From the NCBI GenBank assembly GCA_043228905.1, contig JBHGNT010000009.1:11036001-11100000 (forward strand): DNA of 64,000 bases, in the 5' to 3' direction. This document shows positions 37,106 to 50,832 of the stretch, in pieces. The stretch comes from Azolla caroliniana. Its lineage: Eukaryota > Plantae > Polypodiophyta. A program made the translations under genes and the position numbers. The notes under the pieces were generated by a model. The model did not search any database. It was not told the DNA's origin and saw nothing but the letters and a program-made list of their open reading frames with translations. Positions within the stretch are counted from its first letter, which is position 1; the number at the start of each line of letters is the position of its first letter.

Positions 37106-40100
37106 ATGTACAACCGATATGTACAACCTAGTGTGGGTTCCATTTCTTCCAAGCATGTTAGTAGAGTCTTCTCAGCCCTAGTACAAGTTAGGACACCCAG
37201 TTGTCAACTTCAAGTCCAAGCCCTCTTAGATACTGGAGCCAATTCTTGTTTCATGGATAGAGATTTTGCCCAAAAACACCAAATATCCTTGCATACACTT
37301 CCTTGTCCAGTTTCCGTAGTAGTGATTGATGGACGCCCCATAGCTTCCGGGAAGATATTTGAAGAGTCTGAGCCAATACACATACTCTTGGGTGATTTAG
37401 GATGTGTAGTTTCCTTTAACATAATCCGTAGTCCTGAGCATCCAATTGTCCTCGGTTTGCCATGGTTCGAGCTACATAACCCTAGAATCGATTGGAGGAA
37501 GCGATAAATTAGGTGCCCTTTAGCAGAAAATATCATTCTCAAGGATCGAACTCGGGATTATCCTCCCAAAGTATATAGTTCTACCGATGCACCATATCCT
37601 TCTCATCAAATTTCAGCCATCACATTGCATCAATTGCACCAAGTGGGAGGCAAGGAGGACCTTTTCTTATTTGCAGTATCAGTGACACCTTCTAGTGTCA
37701 CTCAAGGGAATTCAGACATCCAAATTCCCAAAAAATATCAAGACTATGCTGATGTTTTCGACAAAGTCAAAGCTAGTGTTCTTCCAAAGCATCGGCCGTA
37801 CGACTGTCCTATTGATCTCCAACCAGGAAAAGAGCCTCCGTGGGGTCCGATTTACAATTTATCACCCACTGAGCTTGAGGTTCTTCAAGAATACATCGAG
37901 GAAAATCTTGCACATGGGTTTATTCGACATTCAAAGTCTCCAGCTGGTGCTCCTATCTTTTTTGTGAAGAAAAAGGACGACTCCCTTCATTTGGTCGTGG
38001 ACTATCGAGGCTTAAATAAAGTCACCATAAGGAATAGGTATGCTTTACCTTTAATCTCCAATCTCTTAGAACACATTGGTGGGGCAAAACATTTTACCAA
38101 AATTGATCTAAGGGGTGCGTATAATCTTGTTTGAATTCGGCCGGGAGATGAGTGGAAAACAGCGTTTCGTACTCGGTATGGTCATTTCGAGTATACAGTC
38201 ATGCCTTTCGGGCTCACAAATGCACCTGCCGTATTCCAACATATGGCAAATGACATCTTCCGGGATTTCTTGGATATTTTTCTAATCATCTACCTAGATG
38301 ATCTATTGATTTACTCTAAAACAAAGGGGGAGCATGATATACATGTGCGGCAAGTACTTGAACGCCTAAGGAAGTATGGTCTTTACGCCAAACTTGAGAA
38401 ATGCAGTTTTGATTGCAAACAAGTGGAATTTTTGGGATACACTATTTCATCCCAGGGTGTTTTCATGGACCCGGCAAAAGTCCAAACAATATTGGAATGG
38501 AAACCCCCATGCTCAGTTCGGGATGTCCAGTGTTTCCTCGGATTTGCGAACTTCTATCGCAAATTCATACATAATTATTCAAGCATTGTGTTGCCCCTTA
38601 CTCAACTCACCAAGAAAAATCAAGCATTTTTTTGGAGTATCGAAGCGGACAAGGCTTTTACGCAGCTGAAAGAGGCATTCACATCAGCACCCATCCTAGC
38701 ACATATTAATCCTGAAAAGCCATTTACTATTGAGGCGGATGCATCAGACTTTGCATTGGGGAGTATCCTATCGCAACCAGGCGAGGACGGGCAGATACAT
38801 CCAGTCGCGTTTCACTCGAGAAAGTTTACTGTTTCGGAGATAAACTATGAGGTGCATGACAAGGAGTTACTAGTTGTGGTCGACTCATTCGAGCAATGGC
38901 GTCATTTTCTAGAAGGATCACCTCATCAGATTATCATTTATAGTGATCACAAAAATCTCACATATTTTCAAACAGCTCGAGTATTAAATAGACGACAAGC
39001 TCGGTGGGCCCAATTTCTAACGCGTTTCGATTTCAAGATCATTTTTCGCCCCGGAAAACAACAAGGGAAAGTAGATGCTCTGTCTCGGCGTTCGTATCTA
39101 GCCCTTCGACCTGGAGATCCGGCCTTTGACAATCAAAAGCAAACTCTCCTCGGGCCATCAAAGCTACAGGTAACAACAATTTATGCCACACCACTTGATT
39201 CTACCCTTCTTGAAACTATTCGGCAACAACTTCATTCGGATGATTTTGCTAAGGATGTCTTAGCCCACTGTGGTTCAAGTCGTCCATCTTGCTCCACATT
39301 TCCAGGGTCATCTCAACATTATCAGGACTTCAAGTGGCAAGATGGTTTACTCTTCTACAAGAATCTCCTTTATGTCCCCGACGGATCACCCCGACTTCAA
39401 GTGTTGGAACATTGTCATGATGCCCCCATGGCTGGACATTTTGGTATTTCCAAGACCATTGAGCTGGTGAAACGTTCATTTTGGTGGCCTCACTTGCAAA
39501 AATTTGTCGAAGATTATGTTCGCACTTGTGACACCTGCTGTCGCGCCAAAATACCCCGGCATCACCCTTATGGCTTACTACAACCATTACCCCCTCCCAA
39601 CAAGCCATGGCAGTCTATTTCTATGGATTTCATTACGGATCTGCCACCTTCCAAAGGCTTTGATACTATTTTAACAGTAGTGGATCGGTTCACCAAGATG
39701 GCACATTTTGTACCATGTGTAAAGACCATCAATAGTGAAGAAACTGCAGATCTCATTATGCGTGAAGTGTTTCGCCATCATGGTCTCCCGAATGATATTA
39801 TTAGCGATCGAGGTCCTCAATTTATCTCACACTTTTGGAAGCACCTATGGGCAGGCCTCAAAATCTCTTGCAAACTCTCTTCGTCTTATCATCCACAAAC
39901 TGACGGACAAACAGAGCGCACAAATCAAACGCTCGAGCAATATCTTCGATGTTTCATTAGTTATCAACAAGATGATTGGAGTAAAATTTTACATCTTGCC
40001 GAGTTTGCATACAACAACACGGTCCACTCTTCTACCAAAGTTACACCTTTCTTTGCCTACACCGGCAACCACCCTCGATGGTGTATACTGGATCTTCCCG

Positions 40101-40732
40101 AGGTGTCACGAAACCCTAGTGCGGCGCATCACCTCCACCGACTACAACAAATCCAGTTCGAGTTATCGTCACATCTTCAGAAAGCGCAAGCACACCATAA
40201 GACCAATGCCGATCAACATCGTCTTAAGTCTCCGTTTAAGGTTGGTGACCGTGTATGGTTGCTTCGTCGTCACATCAAGACTACCCGACCGTGTGCTAAG
40301 CTTGACTATCAACGCTTAGGTCCTTTTGTCATCACGGCGCAGATTAATGATGCAACATTTCGTCTTAACCTTCCTGCACATATGCGGCTTCACCCTGTCT
40401 TTCATAGCTCTCTTTTGGAACCTTGCCACACCTCTTTAATTCCTAATCGTGTCGTGCCACCACCGCCTTCTATACAACTTGTGGACGGCCCCGAATACGA
40501 GGTAGCTGCTATTCTCGATTCTAAGATTGTGCGCAATAAGCTTTATTATCTAGTTGATTGGCTTGGTTATCCTCCGAGTGATCTCACTTGGGAACCCATC
40601 GATAACGTTTGTAATGCTGAAGCTCTGGTCAACGACTTCCATCGTCACTATCCAAACAAGCCCGGCCCAACAATGTTAACGCCGACTTCCACTCGGCGTT
40701 CTCGAAGGAGGGATAGTGTCATGAACACATGA
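37106..40732 (+). pseudogene. Chromovirus pol: protease, RT, RNase H, integrase, chromodomain (stops at 37505 and 38132; 13-bp duplication 37103-37128)
   Basis: Motifs LLDTGA, YLDD, DASDFALG, HHCC zinc finger, ISMDFI...SDRG...ERTN, GPF and EYEVAAILD...YLVDWLGY...TWEP. Confidence 0.95.
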
Positions 40733-41114
40733 CCATTATGGCGTCACTCAGACTTGAACCTCGAACCTTGTAATTCATACTTGAAAACCTCAACCATTAA
40801 GATAGCTTATTGTTATATGAAACAATAAAAGCTACTTCTTGTATTACATTGATTATTGTAAAAACTCTAGATTATTCTAGAATGTTCTAGAATGTCCTAG
40901 AGCATTCTAGAACATTCTAGAAATCTCTAAGCTATTCTATAGGAACCTATAAATAAGCGCATACATGTATTCTCAAATCAATTCGAATCAACACCAGTCT
41001 TTAGCTCTCATTACATATCTTGTATCCATTCTCTTTCTTTCTCTATCTTATACATCCATTCTTCTCTATCCTTCTTCCATCACTCTATCTTTTATCCTTG
41101 GTTCTGACAGCAAC

Positions 41115-42506
41115 CACCTTGATTAAATCGAACTTGCATCCCTTGCTCTACAATTTGGACGGAGACCAAATTCTTCGTAATGGTCGGTACATGCAAGACA
41201 TTTTTAATGTAATTTTACTTACCTTCTTTTCCGAACGGAACATTGCCGATGTGCCGAATCGGGTGCGTAGTGTCGTCTCCGGTTTCGACATAGCCGGGTC
41301 AGTCCGGCTCTCGAAGTTCTCGGAACCATTCTTGATGCGATGTCATATGGTTCGAGGCACCGGAATCGACGAACCATATGTCTTCCGGACCAAAGGAACT
41401 AGTTGAGGTAGAGGCCGACATAGAGTTTGCTCTATGTTTCATCGTGAACATTCCGCCACGGTCGGAGTTGTGCGCATACATTCCGCCACGATCTTCGTAG
41501 TCGGAGTTGTGCCCGTACATTTCGCCACGGTCGGAGTTGCGTGCATACATTCCGCCACGATCTTCGTAGTCGGAGTTGTTCTTGTACATTCCGCTATACT
41601 CTTTGTAGTCAGAATTGTGTGCGTAATTCGTGAGTTGTTGGCTTGTGGAAGCCGATTCACGCATCTTCTTTCGGCACTCTTCTTCGTGGTGGCCGAGCTT
41701 TCCACAATATCCGCATTCGGTTGCGTTTTGACGGCTCGGGCCGGAGTGGAAGCTCCCCCTTCTTGCGAAGGTTCCTCGTTGGCTTCCGTTTTGCGGCCGA
41801 AATTGGGAGTTGTTGTCGTAGGTCAGACCTCGTCCGCCTTGTCCTTGGCCGAATCGGCCTCTCGCTCGTTCGCATCCTCTTCCTCCGTTAGAGTGCGTGT
41901 AGAGCATGTGGCCTTCTGACTAATTGCTCCTTGTACGCACGTGGTTTTCTTCGACCAATAGCATTGATTGGAGCTCGAAGAAGGAGGGAGATTTCTCCCG
42001 TGCTAGAATAGCGGTTCGCATCGTGCCGAACCGTGATGCGAGGCCGCCGAGGCATATTTGCACCATCTCATCATCATCTATACTTACGCTTATTGAGTCG
42101 AGTGAGTCGCAAAGCTCCTTGATCTTCAAGGTGTATGTCGTGATGGACATGTCCCTTTGTTGAATGTTGTTCAACTCTTGGCGGAGTTGAAGCTTCCTCG
42201 CGGTCGTGTTGGCGGCGAAAATCTTTCGTAGATTTTCCCACGCTTCCTTCGGCGTCTTGGCTTCTCGAATGTAACCGAGCATGTGGTCATGAACACATGT
42301 CGCCAAGCAATACATCACGCGGCTTGCGGCTTGCTCCCATGTCGCGTATTGGGAGCCACTTCAGCGGGTTGGTCTTCATGCGCTCCTTTGATGTAGCTCC
42401 AATAGCCTTGTCCGACAAGGTATTGGTGCATCTTGTACTCCCAAGATGCGAAGTTGTTTCGATCCAACTTCTCGGTAGGGAGAGCGCTCCCCATTTGAGT
42501 ATTCAT
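41115..42506 (-). pseudogene. Copia gag-protease with frameshifts
   Basis: KLDRNNFASWEYKM, AKTPKEAWENL, CGYCGKLGHHEEEC and WFVDSGASNHMT. Confidence 0.88.
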
Positions 42507-45500
42507 TATGTTGATTCTTTTTCTTCTTCTTCTCTCTTCGAATGTGAGCTATGTAGCGAAGCTACGATAGCGATGAGCTGGTTCTTGGTCGTCGGTGTGG
42601 AGCAAAACACACAATCACGATGAGGCGAATGGGCTAGATCGAGCTACCAAATCGCTCTGATACCATGTAAAGAATCAAGAGATGGATTCTTGTGAAGTGG
42701 AATAGGTGTGAATTGTGTGTGTGAGAGAGAGATAGAGAGAGAGACAGAGGGAGAGAGACAAAGACAAAGAGAGACAGAGTATACGCAAGGTAAAAAGTGT
42801 ATTAACAAAGGAGAAAGACTCAAAACACTATACGAGGTGGGAGGAGGGTGCTTTATATAGTCACCCTCTCTCTTCATTAACTACAAGGCTCATGGAGCAT
42901 GGGGAATGTGAAATTTCATAAGTTATGTGTCATAGAATATGATTCTATGACTCATACTAAATGCTAGAATACAAAGAGGTGACTTAATGGTGACTTAATG
43001 GTGACTCTTGATCGTTGGAGTGTCTATTCACTCTCAAGGTGAGTTCACACACTAGACCAAGTTGAGCTTGATTCTCAACAAAGTGATAGTGTACTTCAAT
43101 ATACTTAGTCCGCGCGTGGAACACGGGGTTCCGAGCCAGGTAGATACTGCTCATGTTGTCGTAGTATAGGAGAATCAGATCCTTGATGAGAACACCCAGA
43201 TCCTTCAATATGCGCTTAAGCTAGACGGCCTCGCATGCGGTGACAACTGCGCCCTGTATTCTACCTCTGTGCCCAACAATGCGACTATTAGTTAGTTTTT
43301 GCTACTCCAGTAGATCGCTCCGCTGTCGAGGGAGAAGACGATTCCAGAAGTCGATCACCTATCGGCCTTATAGCCGGCCCAGTCTGCGTTTGTGTACCCT
43401 TCGAGCCGAATGATCGTATCTGACTTGTATAAGATGCCGAATCCATCATCCCATGGACGTACCTAAGTACCCTCTTAGCGTAATGGAGATGAACATTTCG
43501 AGGATTCTGCATGAATTGGCTAAGTAGAGCAACCGAATAGCTGAGGCCGGGTCGTGTGATGGTTAGATAGATTAGGCTACCGATCAGTTGTCGATAGTGA
43601 GTCGGCTCGCACTCCTCAGTTCTCGAATTGGCATCGAGTTTGAGATTTCGATCGAGAGGGGTAGAGACAAGTTTGCACTCTATCATTCTGAACTTGTAGA
43701 ATAAGTTGAGGATGTAGTGCCGTTGAGAGATCAATATCCCGACTGGTGTTCAAATTTCTTCGATACCGAGGAAGTAATGAAGCTCGTGCATATCTTTCAT
43801 TTCGAATCTACCAGATACGAATGATTTGACCTTAGTGATCTTGGCAATATCCTTTCCTCCGATGACCAGATCATCCACGTATAGATGATGATAATCGAGT
43901 TGTTCGACTCGTTTCAGATGTATAAGGAGTTGTTTGATTTCGACATTTGGAAGCCGATTTGGTGTAGATACTAGGTGATCTTCGAATGCCAAGCATGTAG
44001 TGCTTGCTTGAGGCCGTAGAGAGGTTTCCTGAGTCAACAAACGACTTTCAGGTGAATGTTGGATTCGAAGTCGGGTGGCTATACCATGTACACCTCCTCT
44101 TCTAATTTGCCTTGAAGAAAGGCGTTCTTGACGTCCATCTAATGGAGGTGCCACCCTTTCATTGCTGCTAGAGCAACGACTATTCGAATAGTCGTCATTT
44201 TTTACATTGGGGCAAAGGTCTCCTCGTAATCAACTCCATGTGTTTGTGCGTATCCTTTTGCTACGAGTTGTGCCTTGTAGCGATTTACCAAGCCGTCGAC
44301 ATTATGTTTGACTTTGAAAATCCATCTACAACCATGCATCTCCTCATTCATTGCTTCAATCCATCGCGGATCCTTGGTTGCCTTAGAAAAGGTTTCCAGT
44401 TCTCGGATAGATGCAAACTTCATCATAATGGCATAGTGGTATGCCATATACTCATCGTAGCCGAATCGGCTGACCGGGTTTTTCTCTCGGGTGGAGCGAC
44501 GAAGCTTCTCGTTTGCAGAGTCTAAGGCTTTCTTCGCTCCATTCCTCCGGAGGATTGGGATGTCCAAGCCTTCAAACTCAATTTCAAGGGAGTCAGTTGT
44601 CTTGTTGTCGATTGGATCTTCGTATTCCGACATATTGGCCTTCCCTTTGTTGAGTTTTAGACTCGACTGAGATGTGCTTTGGTTACTCGGGGGCTCATGT
44701 GATCCACTAAGCCTTGTCTTAATCGGACTTTCTTTGAACATGTGTCTGAGTCGAAATTCGTCTTCTATCTCTCGTTCAGCCGATTCCGGGTTGACTAGAG
44801 CAATATCAGAGTCATCTCTGGGTCGTATCAAGATGCTGACTCGTCGAAAACGACACCTCGACTTACTTGAACTTTTCGGGTAGAAGGATTGTAACACTTG
44901 TACCCCTTTTGTTCAAGTGAGTACCCTACAAGGATACATTTCTCCGATTTCGGGTCGAGCTTTTGTCGCTTCTCGTCGTGAATATGCACGTACGCGATCG
45001 AGCCGAATATCCGGATATGTGATAGATTTGACTTCTTTCCAAAGAACTTCTCATGAGGGGTTACGTCGTGTGACGCAGAGGTTGTACATCTATTCATGAG
45101 ATAGACGGTTGTGTTAGCTACTTCTGCCTAGTACAATTTCGGAAGGTTCTTCTTGTTCATCATTGTCCGGATCAGTACTAAGACAGAGAAGGAATTAATA
45201 CTAAAAGATGAGGATTAGTACTAAGAGAGGTGTAGAACTCTTGAGAGAAGGAAAGAGTGAGCGAGATAGTGAGATAGAGAGAGAGAAAGGGTGAGAGAAT
45301 GATGATAAAAGATATATATTATGTGAAGGAAGTATACAATAGTAGCTAGGAGGCTTAAGACTGCCGTTGAACCGATTTGGTTTGAAATAATGCCTTGTGC
45401 CTCCTTTTATAGTATTCTTAGGAATACTCTTGAAGTTTCTAGAATGTTCCAGAGAAATCTGGAATATACATCAATTTTCCATAATAAAACTTAAATGAAA

Positions 45501-48500
45501 ATAATATCCTACATATTACAATAGATGGTATAATGGTCAAGAGCTCGACCTATGTAACCTAAGGTCATGGGTTCGAGTCTTGTCATATCATGACACTATC
45601 CCCCCTTTAAAACGACAATTGTCATTAGTCGTTTTGGATTGAGGACCCAATTTGTCTGGATATTGACGATGGAAGTCTTTAAGAAGAGCACGAGTGTTGG
45701 TCACATTCTCTATCGGTTCCCAAGTATGCTCGCTGGGACTATATCCTAGCCAATCGACTAGATAGTAGATCTTGTTGCGAACAATCTTGGAGTCAAGGAT
45801 TGCAACAACCTCGTACTCAGGTCCATCTTCAAGTTCAATTGAGGGTGGAGGTTGTGTAATACGTCCTGGGATGGTGCTATCTTGATAGGGTTCGAGGAGA
45901 GAATTATGAAACATTGGATGTATCCAAAGTTGCGGAGGTAGATTGAGATGAAAAGCGACATCATTAATCTTTCCAATAATATGGAAAGGACCTAATCGCC
46001 GATAATCCAACTTCTCACATGGGCGAGTAGTCTTGATGTGTCGTCGTAGTAGCCATACCCGATCTTCGACGTTAAAACTGGATAGAAGCCGATGACGATC
46101 CGCGTAAACCTTGTGTGTTTGTTGAGCTTACTAGAGATGAGTAGATAAATCCGCTTGTATCTTGCGTAACTACTCCAAACGATCCTCTGCACAAGGATTT
46201 GTAGGTAACTCTAGCGTTTCAAATACACACCACCGGGGGTGACAACTCGTATAAGCATAAAATGGCGTAACTGGTGTAACTTTAGTCGATGCGTGGGCAG
46301 AGTTATTATAGGCAAATTTAGCGAAGTGGAGAATATCCGAACAATCATCATGATGATAGCTTATAGAGCACCGAAGTACTGCTCCAGTGTTTGATTTGTT
46401 CGTTTTGCTTGACCGTCTGTTTGTGGGTGGTAGCCGGAGGAGAGGTTACAAGTGACCTTGAGCATTTTAAAAAGGTGCTTCCAGAATTTCGAGACGAATT
46501 GGGGTCCACGGTCGTTGATGATACTATCGGGAAGGCCATGATGCCGACATACTTCACGCATGACAATTTCGACGGTTTCTTCACTAGAGATTATCTTAGT
46601 AGATGGCAAGAAATGAGTCATCTTCGTATATCGATCTACTACTGTTAGAATCACATTAAATCCCTTCGAGACTGGAAGATCTATGATGACATCTAGAGCA
46701 ATGTATATTCACGGCTTGCTTGGAATTGGTAATGGTTCTAATAAACCATATGGATGATGCCTTGGCATTTTCGCTCTGCAACATGTATCACAAGCTCGAA
46801 CAAAATCTTCGACAAATTGCCACATACAGGGCCACCAGAATGATCGTTGTACTAAGTCTAATGTCTTAGTACTACCAAAATGCCCAATTGTATATGTGTC
46901 ATGATAGTTTTGGACTACTCGAAGGTAGCAAGAACCATTAGGAACATACAAGAGTTTTTTAAAGAATAGTAATCCATCATGGTATTTGAATTGTCGATAG
47001 TTTGTACCTAGTTGTTGCGACTGTGAACAAGATGCTCGAGAGGGATCAATTTGTGCTAGAATGTCTTGGGCAAAAGCATCTGTCTTCAAGTCCTCACATA
47101 TGGTATCGATATCATGGGAATCCACGGGCATGCCAAAAACCTGTGTTGCTTGTAGTCGTGTCGGTCCCAAGATTACTTGTTTTTTATTATCGTAAGTTGG
47201 CTCATAGGGAGTCGGTGCTAGATACGAACGCCGTGATAATGCATCTGCCTTCCCTTGCTGCTTCCCCGGACGATATGTAATTTTGAAGTCAAAATGCGTG
47301 AGGAATTGGGCCCACCGAGCTTGATGTTGATTTAACACACGAGCGTCTTGAAAGTAGGCAAGGTTCTTATGATCATTGAATATGGTGACTTGATGAGATG
47401 ATCCCTCTAGAAAATGCCTCCATTGTGTAAAAGAGTCCACTATTGCTAATAGCTCCTTATCATGAATTTCATAGTTGATTTCGGCGGTGTCAAACTTGTG
47501 TGAGTGGAAAGCCATGGGATGAAGCTTTTCATCATTTCCTTGTTGTGACAGAATTCTACCCAATGCAAAATTTGATGCGTCAACTTCAATGATGAATGTT
47601 TTTTTTGGATCAACATGAACTAGAATAGGAGCTGATGTAAATGCCTTCTTAAGATTCTCAAAAGCCATGTCCGCTTCTTCAAACCAAACGAACGATTGTC
47701 CCTTCTTAGTAAGTTGTGTAAGAGGCAAAACAAGCTTTGAGTAATCCTTTATAAACTTGCGGTAGAAATTGGCAAAGCCTAAAAAGCATTGCGCATCTCG
47801 CAACGAATGCGGAACGTTATCGTAGTGTAATTCGCACACTACGTGAAAATTACATTTTTGTCCCTCCGGATGGAATCGGTAAGGAGAACCGGTAAGAACT
47901 GGATCAAGCAGAACCGGCAAGAGCCGGATAAAGAAGGCCGGAAAGATTGTTACATGCATAGGGCAGGATTCGAACCTTGTACCTCCATGTTAACGATTAT
48001 TAAGCCTTACCACTATACTAGCATATTATGAATTTTAAAGTTATACTAAACTTTATCCCATGTAAATATTCTAGATATGCATGGTACAAAAAGTTATTCA
48101 TGCATACACACTCGAGTTAAAAGAAAAGATGGGATAGAAAGCTAATCATGCACATGTAGTGTGCATGAAAACTAAAGTTAGGAAAAGCATGATGCTTGCA
48201 TGTGATAAACTTAGACTCTTCCAACACTATATAAGGAAGAGAGAAAGATGTATAATGGTTGTTGTTTTTTTTTTAGAAGGATTGATTAATACAAAATATT
48301 CGTGGAATTCCCGATTTTACCATCTAATTCTCTCTTACAATCTAATTACCCATTAATACATTATACTCGTGGGATTCACGAGTTTCATATCTTCTTCTTA
48401 CAATCTCTTCGTAACAAACATGATCTCATATTCTTCTTTCTCCTAGTCCAAAACCCCAACGGTTCCCACCCGACTCATGCAAATGATCTGACACCGAAAG

Positions 48501-50832
48501 GCACGACACAAGTGGTGAACTTGACATGAACACAGGTGGCAAGGAGATGGAAAATCAACCGGAGGCTAACAACATGATGATGATGTTCGAGCGGATGCTT
48601 CAGGAACAACGTGTGATGTCGGAGATAGCGACGGCAGTAGAGCGGCTCGTGCAATGGATCGGGCAATTCAACGGAAAGGACGTATCACGCTATCTTCGGG
48701 ACTACAAGGCGGAAATGATACGGTGCGGGATTTCGGAAGGACCGCAAGTGACATCCTTCAACCGGGTAGCTACCGACGGGCTTCAAGCATGTATCCACGG
48801 GCTACGACAACAAAATCTGACGTGGGAAGCGTTTGAAGAGGCGCTAAAGACCACGTTCGCTATCGAGGACTCCTCCAAGGCAACGCAGAGAGGATTCGAG
48901 GATTGGGTGGAAACGCCGGACAAGGGGATGAAGGTCCTCGATGTGTTTTCGGCATTCGAAAGTCGGTTCGAGAGGTTGTTTGTGAGAGATCAAGCTATCC
49001 TCACACCGGACAAAGTTATCATGTTCTTACGAGCCGTAGACATCCGGGACCAGAAGGATCTTGGAGTGCTTCTAGAGGACACGACTACCGAGAGTGACCT
49101 CACCAAAACATGGGAAAGCGTGCGGGATATCGTCGCGCGATACACAAAGAGGGGGCAATGACTTGCCAACAAAGAAAAGAGGGTTTTGGAACCGATTTCG
49201 AAACCGAGATTCGGATCGGAAGACCATTAACCGCGGGCTCGGGAGACTACGACCAAGAAGGGAATCGATGCAACCACGGTGGAGCAATTGCTGAAGGAAA
49301 TGGAGAATCTGAAAATCGCGATGGTGAAGAAGACGAAAGCCCGTCCCACAAGTTCCAAGTTCATGGACTGTCGATGCATATGGTGCGATAGCACCAAACA
49401 TGATCGGAGAGATTGCGACGAGCACAAGGAGGCGTTACGACAGGATCTTATCTACTACGAGGGAAATCGGATTCATTCGATGGATTCTCGGAAGCCACTT
49501 CGACCGAACTTCCGGAAAGGCGGCATGAAGAAGTTCCTAGAGGAGGAGATCATGGCGAAAGACAATCATGCGACAACCGCGGGAATACGTGTGGGGGAGT
49601 CATATGCAGCAAAGGCGTCTTTTTGGCCGGAAGTGCTAGAAATTTCGAAGAAAGCCGACCATGATGAAATCCGAAGCGCCGCGGAATGTATTCGGGAAGC
49701 TACGGGATGGGAGTGCCCCGTAGATAAGAATAGCGTACATGCGCTATGTCAATTGCATGAAGTGTTTGTGGATGAAAAACGACGGCACACGGATGATGTG
49801 GCCGGACCATCAAAGACACCGGAAAGCTAGAACTCCGAAGGGAAGGGGAAAGGAAAAACAATTCCGGCATTCAAACTCGCTTCGGACATCGAACAATAAA
49901 CGGACCTAAAGAAGGTGTTTGAAGAGAGAATCCTTGATAGTCGGGTGGAATTTTCGCTTCGGGAATTACTCGGAATAGCGAAGATGGAGTTCCATGACCT
50001 TCTTGTGGATCTCGTGAAGAGAAAAAGACAAAGTACGGAGGAGAACGCTCCAAGGGTAAATCCGAACATGGTTTTAATGAATGACACCGAAGTGGAGGAC
50101 GAAATTCCGAACTCCCACTATACAAGGCCTCATTGGGCACATGCAATTATGGAGACTCCGGTCCAAATCGGCAACATCAAAGAGCCCGTGCTAGCGTTGA
50201 TTGATCACGGGTTGGAGATCAATTTGATGTCCAAGGAGTTCTACCGGAAGGGGAAGTGGCCTATTAACACCAATCATGGATGGAAGATCCGGACGGCCAC
50301 TAAAGCAACGGAAGATCTATTTGTGGCTTGTCCGGATGTGATGGTGAAGATCGGGAATGTCGAGATTGACCAAAATTTCTTCGTACAAGATGAGGTCTCA
50401 CATTCCGTGATCCTCGGGCAACAATTTATCACGGCATCACAGATGGAGACGAAGGTGCTCGATAGCGGTGCGGCTTTCTCACGAATTCGGAACCAAAGCG
50501 GAGGGAAATCCGTCCAGTTCCTAATTGTTCCGGCAAATCATGAAAGGAACAAGAGAGAGCTCTTGTCCCAAACAAGGATGGATTTTTAGAGCGGACTGTT
50601 GCAGAGTGGGGAAGTGATAGTCCGAGAAGCCCTGATACCCCACACAGGAAGAAAACTCTCAGAGCAAAACAAGTATGAATCGGTCCGAATGGGGCATCCA
50701 CGTACACAGCCATAACAGGAGGAATGAAGAAAGAATACCGAAAAGTGCAGGATAAGTTACGGTCGGCATCAATAATAAAAGAAGACGACGAAATTGTGGG
50801 AATAGTCAAAGAAGTGTTCTATGGGAGCACAC

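Larger units (their letters stand above)
35423..41109 (+). mobile_element. Young Tcn1-like chromovirus (LTRs 35423-35831 and 40717-41109; TSD GCAAC)
   Basis: GCAAC flanks both sides. The LTRs differ by about 3 substitutions plus one 16-bp indel. PPT is GAAGGAGGGATAG. Domain order is gag-PR-RT-RH-INT-chromodomain. Confidence 0.97.
31716..43080 (-). mobile_element. Full-length Ty1/copia (LTRs 31716-32097 and 42666-43080; TSD AAGTG; PBS tRNA-iMet 42654-42665)
   Basis: The LTRs are near-identical with TG..CA ends, AAGTG flanks both sides, and the minus-strand PBS reads TGGTATCAGAGC. Gag with CCHC, WFVDSGASNH protease, integrase, RT (YVDD) and RNase H occur in copia order. Confidence 0.95.
30564..45163 (-). 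mobile_element. Old Ty1/copia element (3' LTR ~30564-31325; RNase H/RT/integrase fragments 31326-31715 and 43081-45163), host of nested insertions
   Basis: The frame IEVHYHF|I is continuous across the 31716-43080 insertion. ORFs contain YEETFAP, LYVDDLVI, LIYLTITRP and KCILVGYS. The element is interrupted at 45164 by a chromovirus LTR. Confidence 0.85.
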
